From the IMG/VR virus record IMGVR_UViG_3300037851_000222, positions 1-64,000 of that record: a DNA stretch of 64,000 nt; one strand, written 5' to 3'. Made by a program: the position numbers and the translations under genes. The stretch comes from a virus. How positions within the stretch are numbered: the first letter of the stretch is position 1; every line of letters starts with the position of its first letter. Below the pieces are notes generated by a model. That model saw nothing but the letters and a program-made list of their open reading frames with translations, ran no database searches and was not told the DNA's origin. Positions 8,928-17,029 of the stretch are shown here, piece after piece.

Positions 8928-10158
8928 TCCGCAGACGATCCAACGCGCCCAGATGATCCACGGTGACTGCCTGGACGTGCTGCGGTTGTTGCCACCGGAC
9001 TCCGTCGACGCCATCGTCACCGATCCGCCCTACGGATTGTCGTTCATGGGCAAGAAATGGGACTATGATGTCCCCCGCGTTGATGTTTGGCGCGAGTGCT
9101 TGCGTGTCCTCAAGCCGGGTGGACACCTGCTGGCATTCGCCGGCACGCGGACGCAGCACCGCATGGTGGTGAACATTGAAGACGCCGGGTTTGAGATACG
9201 CGACATGATCGCTTGGGTGTATGGGAGCGGGTTCCCGAAGTCGTTGGACGTGAGCAAGGCGATTGATAAGGAGGCCGGAGCGGAGCGAACCGAGGTAGTT
9301 GGCAAGTCTAATCGTTGTATTGGACCAAGCCAAGCCGGCGACAATGGGATAGGTACTTTCAAGGAATATAACTGGCAAACTAGCAACTTGATTACTGCAC
9401 CCGCCACCGACGCCGCGAAGCAATGGTCAGGCTGGGGCACAGCCCTCAAGCCTGCGATGGAGCCAATCACCGTGGCCCGCAAACCACTGATCGGCACCGT
9501 GGCCGAGAACGTCCTGGCGCATGGCACGGGAGCGTTGAACATTGACGGTTGTCGTGTGCCGACTGACGACAAGCACGGCGGTGGTGCCGAGAAAGAGACA
9601 ACGCCGGAACAGAAAGGCAACGAGGGTTGGACACGCCCTTGGATGGAAAATGAGGCTGCCCGGGAAGCCCACGCGGCTCGTGTGCGTTCCAATGTGGAGC
9701 GCGCCGAGGCGTTGGGTCGCTGGCCCGCCAACCTGATCCACGACGGCAGCGACGAGGTGGTGGGGTTGTTCCCCGTCGCCAACGGCGGCGACAAGCGCGG
9801 GAAGTGCAACGGTGCGCGCCCGAGTGGGTTCGCCAATGTTGGTGCCGATAGTGGCGACGGGTCGCCTTGCGGGCAGACCTACGCGGACGAAGGTTCCGCC
9901 GCCCGGTTCTTCTATTGCGCAAAGGCGAACAAGAAGGATAGGAGCGAATACAATCACCATGAAACGGTCAAACCCACCGACCTGATGCGCTACCTGTGTC
10001 GCCTCGTCACCCCTCCAGGCGGCGTCATCCTCGATCCGTTCACTGGCAGCGGCAGCACCGGCAAGGCGGCGATGCTGGAGAGTTTCCGGTTCTTGGGCAT
10101 TGAGCGCGAGGCCGCGTATGTAGAAATTGCACAGGCCAGGATCGGAGCCGTGTTATGA
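8914..10158 (+). CDS. DNA N4-C/N6-A methyltransferase (beta class)
   Basis: GDCLDVL, VTDPPYG, HETVKPTDLM, ILDPFTGSGSTG. Confidence 0.95.
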   Translation: MHPFDPQTIQRAQMIHGDCLDVLRLLPPDSVDAIVTDPPYGLSFMGKKWDYDVPRVDVWRECLRVLKPGGHLLAFAGTRTQHRMVVNIEDAGFEIRDMIAWVYGSGFPKSLDVSKAIDKEAGAERTEVVGKSNRCIGPSQAGDNGIGTFKEYNWQTSNLITAPATDAAKQWSGWGTALKPAMEPITVARKPLIGTVAENVLAHGTGALNIDGCRVPTDDKHGGGAEKETTPEQKGNEGWTRPWMENEAAREAHAARVRSNVERAEALGRWPANLIHDGSDEVVGLFPVANGGDKRGKCNGARPSGFANVGADSGDGSPCGQTYADEGSAARFFYCAKANKKDRSEYNHHETVKPTDLMRYLCRLVTPPGGVILDPFTGSGSTGKAAMLESFRFLGIEREAAYVEIAQARIGAVL

Positions 10159-10574
10159 CCCGCATTAACATGGGCATCAGGCCACACGAACTAGCGGATG
10201 CGCATTTAATTGCAGAGTACCGTGAGCTTCCCCGCATGGTTCCGTTTGCCCACAAGCGTTGGGCGAAGTATCGCGCTCCTGGTCCGCGCCCTGTGTACCC
10301 GACACTTGGCGCTGGCCACATGGCGTTCTTCCTCCCTTATGGCCCGTTCCTGCGGGGTCGGTTCCTGTCGTTGTGCGGTGAAATGATCGACCGGGGATTC
10401 CGTCCGACCTTGAAGTGGCGCGACTATCCCGAGGAGTTCAACGCGGTCATGCCTGGCTGGGCTGAAGGGATGTTCCGCCCCGAGGTGCAGGCCCGCATTT
10501 GTGATCGTCTGTTGACCATGAAGCGTCTACCGACCTGGACAGGGCGCACGCGCCCGGACTGGAGCCTGCCGTGA
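10155..10574 (+). CDS. denV: Pyrimidine-dimer DNA glycosylase (T4 endonuclease V-like)
   Basis: MTRIN...L.D.HLIAEYRELPR, LGAGHMAFF, EMIDRGF. Confidence 0.9.
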   Translation: MTRINMGIRPHELADAHLIAEYRELPRMVPFAHKRWAKYRAPGPRPVYPTLGAGHMAFFLPYGPFLRGRFLSLCGEMIDRGFRPTLKWRDYPEEFNAVMPGWAEGMFRPEVQARICDRLLTMKRLPTWTGRTRPDWSLP

Positions 10575-11137
10575 GCCATAAACACGTCCCGGGAACTTCC
10601 ATCTCGGTCGGAAAGCCGCGAGGCTCGTTCACCCGTGGGGTGATCAAAGAGGTCAACGCCCGTTTTGCTGACCCGTCAACCCCCCAACCTCGTTGGGTGG
10701 ACTCGTTCAACTACCCCGGCGCTGCCCCCATCGCCTACAACCTACTGGCCTTCAGCCGTGACGGCAACGTCTATTGGCGGGTTGAGCAGGCCGGCGTCGA
10801 CGGTGCGGAGCGGGTGGTTGCCGCTGGCTGGCTGATCTACCGCACCAAGCCAACGCGGGTGTTGGCCGAGGCCCGTGCGGGCGTGCAGACGAAGCATCGC
10901 CGCCACGGCATTTATTCGTGGGTCTTGAAGTCGATCCGCAAGTCGTTCCGTCGACCTATCCTGTCCGACCGGCAGTTGTCAGCGGCGAACTTGGCCCTGT
11001 GGAAGAAGGTCGGGGTCTTGGACGAGGCGACCGGGCGCTACAAGCTCAACCCGCGCCCCTGGTGGATGGAGTCACTGTTTCAGTCGTTCTTGGCCGTTGA
11101 TGGCGAACTACCGATGCCCAAGGAGCCTCGCAAATGA
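10571..11137 (+). CDS. Putative GNAT-like acetyltransferase
   Basis: VQTKHRRHGIYS (acetyl-CoA motif-like) and SDRQLSAANLALWKK. Confidence 0.5.
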   Translation: MSHKHVPGTSISVGKPRGSFTRGVIKEVNARFADPSTPQPRWVDSFNYPGAAPIAYNLLAFSRDGNVYWRVEQAGVDGAERVVAAGWLIYRTKPTRVLAEARAGVQTKHRRHGIYSWVLKSIRKSFRRPILSDRQLSAANLALWKKVGVLDEATGRYKLNPRPWWMESLFQSFLAVDGELPMPKEPRK

Positions 11138-11394
11138 GCGACAACATCATTCAGTTCCCCGGCACCAAGCGCCCCGAGCCTCCGGCCCAGGACGAACAAC
11201 AGCAGGCCACCTTCAACAAGGCGGCCGGCATCGTCGTGGCCATGCCCTTCATCTTGATCGGCATACACGAGGCCGGCGACGGCGCCGACCTGCACACGGT
11301 TTGCAACGGCGACCCGGCGGTGCTGGAGAGGTTCCTGCCCCACCTGCAAGAGAAGGCGGCGGCTGCGATTGCGCGGCATAGGAGCGGCCGATGA
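11134..11394 (+). CDS. Hypothetical protein
   Basis: MSDNIIQFP phage-type N-terminus; AAGGAG upstream; ATGA coupling. Confidence 0.7.
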   Translation: MSDNIIQFPGTKRPEPPAQDEQQQATFNKAAGIVVAMPFILIGIHEAGDGADLHTVCNGDPAVLERFLPHLQEKAAAAIARHRSGR

Positions 11395-11809
11395 CCACCC
11401 GTGAAGACCTCCAATCCATGTACGAACGGATTCACAGCGGCCAGGTCCAGTTGAAGGACCGCCGCGGCCGTCCGCACCAGTACGGCAGCCGCGGCTGGGC
11501 CGGGCCTGGGCGCACAAGCTGCCCCTGGCCGACCGGAACGTGGATGCCGCCGTGTCGTTCGACATGATGGAGCCCTTGCCCGAGGCCGACGTGCCGTTAG
11601 TATTTGGGGAAATGAAACGCATCGCCGCAAAACTGGTTTTGGTGTCCGTTTCCTACATCCCGGCGTCATACGCTGTTGATGGTCGGAACCTGCACGAGAC
11701 GGTCCAGCCGGAAAGCTGGTGGATGGCGCGGATGGAGGCTGCAATCGGATCGCCGGTGTCGGCGGTGCAAATCGGCCGCGTGCGGTGCCTGACTGCGAGG
11801 ATCCCATGA
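11391..11809 (+). pseudogene. Class I SAM methyltransferase remnant (frameshift/deletion near 11500)
   Basis: Start MTTREDLQSMYERIH in one frame; AHKLPLADRNVDAAVSFDMMEPL...NLHETVQPESWW in another; SAM motif I absent. Confidence 0.6.
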
Positions 11810-12435
11810 GCAATACCCCGTGGTGTAATGGTAGCACAACAGGCTTTGATCCTGTTTGTCTGGGTTCGAGTCCCGGCGGGGTAAGTTCGCACCTCTACCA
11901 AGAGTTGTACGACAAGCACGACTATTGCACGGCCGGCATTGGCATCCAGCACATTGCCGAGTGTGAACAGGCGTTGCGGGCACTCCCTCGCGGCCCGGTG
12001 CTGGAGTTGGGCGCCGGCAAAGGCGAGGTGGCCGATTGGTGCCAATCTAACGGTTTCCAGCCTTACTTGGGCGTCGACTGGGTCGAGTCGAGACACCCGC
12101 GCATCATCGGCGGATTCGACATCACCAAGGGCCTGGGCGAGATCGCCAGCGGTACCTATGACTACGTCTGGTCCTTCGACGTATTGGAGCATCTGAAGCC
12201 GGATGACATCGCGCCGTTGTTCGCGCACTGCTGTCGCATCGCCCGGCGTGGGCAGGTGCATGCCGTCTGGACGTGCAGCGATGTCCGGTTGGGCGTCGAG
12301 TTGCACACCTGCCGGAACCATCAAGATTGGTGGAAGGCACAGGCCATGGCCGCCGGGATCCTGCGCGTCGAGGTGCGCCCGTCCGGTCGCAAGGGAAAGT
12401 TTTGGTTGTTCATGGAGACTGCTCATGTCTGCTGA
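11806..12435 (+). CDS. Class I SAM-dependent methyltransferase whose 5' end contains a tRNA gene in frame
   Basis: ATGA coupling at 11806; VLELGAGKG, GVDW, YDYVWSFDVLEHL. Confidence 0.8.
   Translation: MSNTPWCNGSTTGFDPVCLGSSPGGVSSHLYQELYDKHDYCTAGIGIQHIAECEQALRALPRGPVLELGAGKGEVADWCQSNGFQPYLGVDWVESRHPRIIGGFDITKGLGEIASGTYDYVWSFDVLEHLKPDDIAPLFAHCCRIARRGQVHAVWTCSDVRLGVELHTCRNHQDWWKAQAMAAGILRVEVRPSGRKGKFWLFMETAHVC
11814..11884 (+). tRNA. tRNA-Gln(UUG), no encoded CCA
   Basis: Acceptor TACCCCG/CGGGGTA, D arm GTG-TAATGGTAG-CAC, anticodon arm ACAGG-CT TTG AT-CCTGT, T arm CTGGG-TTCGAGT-CCCGG. Confidence 0.9.
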
Positions 12436-12622
12436 AGCACAACACCCTTTCGGTGATCCCGTCAAATGCCGGAACTGCGGCCGGGAGGTGTTTTCCTGGG
12501 CCGCCAAGCACCAGTGGGTCACGAGTCGGTCCAACCTCGGCCCGGCCTGCTCCGACGAGTGCCTGGCCGACCTGCGGGCTGATCACGCGGACCTGTGTCT
12601 GACCGGCGTGGAGGTGGAATGA
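12425..12622 (+). CDS. Small CxxC/CxxxC zinc-finger protein
   Basis: CRNCG...CSDEC; GGAG upstream. Confidence 0.6.
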   Translation: MSAEAQHPFGDPVKCRNCGREVFSWAAKHQWVTSRSNLGPACSDECLADLRADHADLCLTGVEVE

Positions 12623-12966
12623 CCGACCTCGCTTTGGCATCGAGCCAGGAACTTGTGGACGAGTTGATGAAGCGCATGGACACGGCGGTCTTCATCGGTT
12701 TGGCGCATGACGAGGTGTTGCGGACGAAGGGCCAGCAGGCGTTCACCAGGCGTTGCCAGGGTGAGTTGTTCCGCTGCCTTGGCTTGGCGCAGTTCATGGA
12801 GCAGGCGATCAAGAACGACATCGTTGCAGGTCTGAACGCCACGGGTCAGCAGCCAGTGATCGCTGGCGACGTGGCGACGGTCCTCGGCCAGTCTGCGTTC
12901 AACCGCGATGTCGCCTTGGGCGTGATGTTCGGAAACGTGAATCGAGGCCCGGAGTTCCCGACGTGA
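12619..12966 (+). CDS. Hypothetical protein
   Basis: GGAGG SD, ATGA overlap; DLALASSQELVDELMKR motif. Confidence 0.65.
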   Translation: MTDLALASSQELVDELMKRMDTAVFIGLAHDEVLRTKGQQAFTRRCQGELFRCLGLAQFMEQAIKNDIVAGLNATGQQPVIAGDVATVLGQSAFNRDVALGVMFGNVNRGPEFPT

Positions 12967-13202
12967 GCAACACCTACGGCGGCGGGGGCTGGTCCGAGTT
13001 CGCCCAAGCGCTAGGCGGCGCGGCCAGAGTGTTCAATGTCTACCAGCAGGCCACCGGCCAAGCGCAGTCCCGTGCAAACGCCGCGCAGCAGGCGCCGCCA
13101 CCGGCAGATGACCCGAACCGGGAAACGAAGATCCTGGCCCGGCTGCGACCGGCGAAGGACGCGGAGTTTCAGGTGATCAGTAGTGTCCGAGGCAGGAGAT
13201 AA
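12963..13202 (+). CDS. Hypothetical protein
   Basis: GTGA overlap with upstream gene; last gene of operon. Confidence 0.5.
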   Translation: MSNTYGGGGWSEFAQALGGAARVFNVYQQATGQAQSRANAAQQAPPPADDPNRETKILARLRPAKDAEFQVISSVRGRR

Positions 13203-13440
13203 CAACCACGTTGGGCGCTGTGACTTTGTAGACCACCCGGTGTTCTTTGTTGAGCCTACGGCTGCAATAACCCTTCAAGTCCCAACACAGATGCTCAAAT
13301 TGCTGTGTTGGTAGAAAAGGGGCTGTTTCCAGTGTGGCAAGTATCTCATCAAGTTTCTTGACCAAGTCTTGCCGCTTTCGGCGGATGTATTTAACATCTT
13401 TCTCTGCCTTCGGCTCCATCTTGATGGTGAAACTACCCAT
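13177..13440 (-). CDS. yoeB: Txe/YoeB family toxin (mRNA interferase)
   Basis: FEHLCWDLKGYCSRRLNKEHRVVYKV...ISCLGHY. Confidence 0.9.
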   Translation of the reverse strand: MGSFTIKMEPKAEKDVKYIRRKRQDLVKKLDEILATLETAPFLPTQQFEHLCWDLKGYCSRRLNKEHRVVYKVTAPNVVVISCLGHY

Positions 13441-13678
13441 GGAGCAGTCGTCGCCAGTCGACTTTGCGCGCCTTGCTGTTTCGCTCGGAGGCCCGAATGG
13501 CGCGAACGTAGGCCGGCTTGGACAGGATATACAGTGTTTCCTGCATGGAGGACCAGGCTTCGCCACTGATGATCACGGCCTGCTTCCGCCCCCGGCAAAT
13601 CTTGACGGGTCGCGCCGGCTGGTCTTCAATGACCGCCGCGACAACCCTGCTGATCTGATCGTCGGTAATGTGGCGCAT
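13433..13678 (-). CDS. yefM: Phd/YefM family antitoxin
   Basis: PVKICRGRKQAVIISGEAWSSMQETLYILSKP; directly upstream of and overlapping the toxin. Confidence 0.85.
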   Translation of the reverse strand: MRHITDDQISRVVAAVIEDQPARPVKICRGRKQAVIISGEAWSSMQETLYILSKPAYVRAIRASERNSKARKVDWRRLLHG

Positions 13679-13813
13679 AGTTGCTATCCTACTTTGTTTT
13701 GTGAAGGTTCAAGCGGGGTGTTCTTCGCCAGATAGCCCCGCAACCATTCCTTGCAGGCCCGGCGGCTCCCTTTGTTGGGATGGCTGTAGATGATGCGTCG
13801 AGGGTCTTGCTGA

Positions 13814-15319
13814 TCATAGACAACCCAACCCCCGATGCGTTTCAGGTGCGGTCCTCCGGCGCGGCGGTAAGGGTTGAAGCGTCAACTCACTTTTGCTGCG
13901 GGTCATCGCAACATACTTCAGATTCTTTTCCTGTTGCAGGCTTTCCGCCGTTGAATCGCGGCGCACGAGCGGCATCATTTCCGGCCCCAGGATGATCACC
14001 CGTTCGGCCTCCAGGCCTTTGGCCCGGTGAACGGATGAGAAGACAACCCCTTGTCCGTTGGTTTCGTCGGAGAAGATGCGGTTCAGACGCTCCACAACCT
14101 CGGACGTGTCTTCGGTGTCGCAGGCGTCTATGACGGCGGTGATGGTCTCGACCTTGTCGGATGCTGCCTCGGCGGCCCTCTCGTTGTCCTGGGCCAGGGC
14201 CTTTTCCCGCTCCCGGCGCTCCCATTTCTTGAGCTTGACGATCAGGCCGGGGATCGTTGGCGCCTGTTGCCGTTGGACCAGGCGCGACAGTTCGCCGCCA
14301 AGGTCTTTTCCCCGCACACAGGCTTTCCGGCCGGCGCGGATCAGTTCCAGGGCCGCCGGCATCAATGGGGCGTTCAGACGGCACAAAACGAGGTCGCCCG
14401 GCTGGGCGCCGCCCAAGGTCGCCCCCCGGTCGCGCTCCTGGCGGTGGCGGACTATGCCGTCAGCCGCGCCATCGGCGGCGGTGATGATGGTAGCCCCACC
14501 CTCTCCGATGACCTGTTGCGCCAGGGCGACGTGCGACGTGGGGCAGCGATAGGACACAGGCAGGGATAGCTCGTCCAGTTGGAAGCGGACGCGCATGTTG
14601 TGCATCGCGGCGGGGTCTGCTCCTCGGAAGCCGTACACGGACTGGTACCGATCTCCTACTGCTATAAGAATACCATCTTGCTTGAGGGTGCGCCCGATCA
14701 AGGCCTGTTGCGCCTCGTTCATGTCCTGGGCCTCATCAATCAAGACGAAGTCGAACCGGGCCACAGGCACAGCAGGGTAGCGGACGGGGAAATATATCAT
14801 TTCATCATAGGAAATGGTCGAGTGCATATCGAGACAGGCGTTGACCACCTTTCCGACCAGGGGCAGGGACAGGTCCGGGTCTTCCAGGGTCTTCCCGCAC
14901 CGCCGCAGGCCGTTGAGAACGGCAGCCTCGTTGTGCGGATCCAGCACCAAGCCCATGGCCACCGGTACAGCCGCCATCAGGTCGCCGTGCGCCCCCATCG
15001 GCGCCACCGCCCGGACGATGTTGCGCAGCTTGTTGTCGTCCAGCACAACACCCGGCGAGGCGCGCTTGAGGGCGGCGAAGCCATGGCTATGCAGGGTCGA
15101 GCATGCCACGCCTGGCGGCAGCTTGCGGGAGAACTCGGCCACGATGTCGCGGTTGAACGCGGCGCAAAAGATCGAGGCGCGGGGGAAGTCGCGCCTGATC
15201 ACCTCACAAATCAGCCGGAGGGTCGTCGTCTTCCCCGCGCCCGCGCACGCCTGCACCAGCGTAGGCCGGCGCAGGCGAACGTTGTTAAGGATCGCCTCTT
15301 GGTAGGGGCTGGGGGTCAT
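13814..15319 (-). CDS. UvrD/Rep-like SF1 helicase
   Basis: ACAGAGKTT, IDEAQD, VGDRYQSVYGFRGA, SYRCP, SSVHRAKGLE, YVAMTRSK. Confidence 0.95.
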   Translation of the reverse strand: MTPSPYQEAILNNVRLRRPTLVQACAGAGKTTTLRLICEVIRRDFPRASIFCAAFNRDIVAEFSRKLPPGVACSTLHSHGFAALKRASPGVVLDDNKLRNIVRAVAPMGAHGDLMAAVPVAMGLVLDPHNEAAVLNGLRRCGKTLEDPDLSLPLVGKVVNACLDMHSTISYDEMIYFPVRYPAVPVARFDFVLIDEAQDMNEAQQALIGRTLKQDGILIAVGDRYQSVYGFRGADPAAMHNMRVRFQLDELSLPVSYRCPTSHVALAQQVIGEGGATIITAADGAADGIVRHRQERDRGATLGGAQPGDLVLCRLNAPLMPAALELIRAGRKACVRGKDLGGELSRLVQRQQAPTIPGLIVKLKKWERREREKALAQDNERAAEAASDKVETITAVIDACDTEDTSEVVERLNRIFSDETNGQGVVFSSVHRAKGLEAERVIILGPEMMPLVRRDSTAESLQQEKNLKYVAMTRSKSELTLQPLPPRRRTAPETHRGLGCL

Positions 15320-15765
15320 TCCTTCGCCTTCGCCTTGATGACGCCCCACCGTCCGCGCTTGCTGCCCAAGGCCACGATGCCGCCGTTGCGCAGGGCCAGG
15401 TCGGTCGCTTCGCGCTTGGTCTTCAGACCATCGGCAACGATGTCCACCTTGTCCCGTTCGGCTTGGGGCAGGTGTTGCAGCATGGCGATGTTGGCCCGGT
15501 GGATATGACCCATGCGCCCGCCGCCGACCTCTTCCTCGGGGGTCGGGGGTCGCAGGTATTCAACGGCCCAGTTGTAGACCTTGCGGGACACGAGGACGCA
15601 GTTCCCGCTCAAGCCTCGCAAGGCAAACCGGACCTTGGTTTCCCCAGGAAGGCACCCCGTGTGCGGGGTCAGTTTCCCGTCCTCGACTGCCTTGTAGACG
15701 CGCACGGTGGTCCCGTCTTCCAGTTTTACAAGGTCATCGGTGCGTTGCAGGATGCGGAGTGCCAT
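15316..15765 (-). CDS. Hypothetical protein
   Basis: GAGGAG SD before ATG 15765; stop overlaps helicase start. Confidence 0.6.
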   Translation of the reverse strand: MALRILQRTDDLVKLEDGTTVRVYKAVEDGKLTPHTGCLPGETKVRFALRGLSGNCVLVSRKVYNWAVEYLRPPTPEEEVGGGRMGHIHRANIAMLQHLPQAERDKVDIVADGLKTKREATDLALRNGGIVALGSKRGRWGVIKAKAKE

Positions 15766-15767
15766 GG

Positions 15768-16061
15768 TCACTCCTCGCTTTCCGTGTCGTCCACGTCCAG
15801 CATCAGTTCCTTCAGCAGGGACGCCTTCAGGGTCTTGACGTTGTTGCCGTAGCCGCTGGCGTATTCGCATGCCGCCTCGGGGTGGCTGGTCTCGACCTCG
15901 ACAAAGAACCGGCCCAGGTCGCACCCCGGCGGGGTCGTGCTGACGGTGAACTCGGCGGGGCCTTCAGTCTCGCGGCAGAGGAGCGTCACCTTCGGCGGCG
16001 CCTCCTCCACGCAGGTTTCACGGGAGGGGGCGGCCTTGCGGGGCGTCTTGGTGCGGGGCAT
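15768..16061 (-). CDS. Hypothetical protein
   Basis: Operon packing, AAAGG SD. Confidence 0.55.
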   Translation of the reverse strand: MPRTKTPRKAAPSRETCVEEAPPKVTLLCRETEGPAEFTVSTTPPGCDLGRFFVEVETSHPEAACEYASGYGNNVKTLKASLLKELMLDVDDTESEE

Positions 16062-16266
16062 GGGTGCCTTTCTTTAGACTGGCGGGCTTGGTCTTGGGTT
16101 TGATGGGCGCACCGGCGGTGCGCTCCGTGTTTGCTTCGGCAAGGGTCCGGTTCAGGCCCACGATGCGATAACTGAACCCCGTCTGGCCGAACTCGGCCCG
16201 AAGGGCGGCATCGAGGGCGACGATTGCCCGGTAGAGGGCGGGGCCAACGGTCGGGCGGTGGCTCAT
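16018..16266 (-). CDS. Hypothetical protein
   Basis: GGAGG SD, MSHRPTVGPALYRAIV; ATGA overlap. Confidence 0.45.
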   Translation of the reverse strand: MSHRPTVGPALYRAIVALDAALRAEFGQTGFSYRIVGLNRTLAEANTERTAGAPIKPKTKPASLKKGTHAPHQDAPQGRPLP

Positions 16267-16496
16267 CGCCCGCCCTCCTGCCCCAGGACGTAGACCCCGC
16301 CGCACGGCTGCGGCGTGTCGTGGTAGGTCCGGGGGTTGGCCTTGCTGCGCCGGGTGGCGGTGCAGGTGATGACCCCCACCGGCCCGGCGATGCGCAGGAT
16401 CTGTCCGCACTTGGGGCAGACGTACTTGATCAGGCGGCAGGTGGTCTTGGCTTGGTGCAGGACCAGGGGCGCGCGGCGGCGGTTCATGCTGGGCAT
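16263..16496 (-). CDS. Small zinc-ribbon protein
   Basis: IKYVCPKCGQILR...C...CGG. Confidence 0.55.
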   Translation of the reverse strand: MPSMNRRRAPLVLHQAKTTCRLIKYVCPKCGQILRIAGPVGVITCTATRRSKANPRTYHDTPQPCGGVYVLGQEGGR

Positions 16497-16978
16497 GGCG
16501 TGGCTCCGATCCGTTCAAGGAAGCGTTCCCATTCATGGGGCAGGCAGGCGCGCCGGGCGGCGTTGATGTCATCCGCCATCCGCAACAGGTCGTCGGGCGT
16601 GTATGCGTAGGCGTCTGCCATGATGGGTTGCAGGGTATTGTCCTGCCAGAGGGCATCCAGCGTCGCCACGGCGGCCACGGCGCCCGCGTTGAAGTAGTGC
16701 CGCGCCTCCTGCCGCTTGTGGGCGAACCCCACAAGGCGGCGCAATTCGCTGGCGGTGGTGTAGATGTCGCCCAGGTGGTCAAGTGACCAGGGCTTGCCCT
16801 CGGCGGGCTGGCCCTCCCCGGCGACCAGGAGGCGGGCCGTCGCCTCGGGGTTGCCCTCGGGCCGGTCTTCGGCGGCCCAGGGGTCGCCGTCGTGGAAGAC
16901 CACCACGGCATGCCGGCGGTTCCCGTTGCGGGTGAACCCCCGGACGCAGAGGTGTACGGATTGGAAGCGGGCGGTCAT
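16484..16978 (-). CDS. Hypothetical protein
   Basis: SD and promoter upstream (TTGACT-16-TATACC). Confidence 0.6.
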   Translation of the reverse strand: MTARFQSVHLCVRGFTRNGNRRHAVVVFHDGDPWAAEDRPEGNPEATARLLVAGEGQPAEGKPWSLDHLGDIYTTASELRRLVGFAHKRQEARHYFNAGAVAAVATLDALWQDNTLQPIMADAYAYTPDDLLRMADDINAARRACLPHEWERFLERIGATPCPA

Positions 16979-17029
16979 GGCGTGGCCTTTCTTTGTCGTG
17001 TGTGGGTTAGGTATAAACAGACGGAAAAG

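Noticed and set aside
11814-11884. tRNA as prophage attachment site
   Set aside because: No integrase, no duplicated tRNA 3' end, and viral-type genes on both sides
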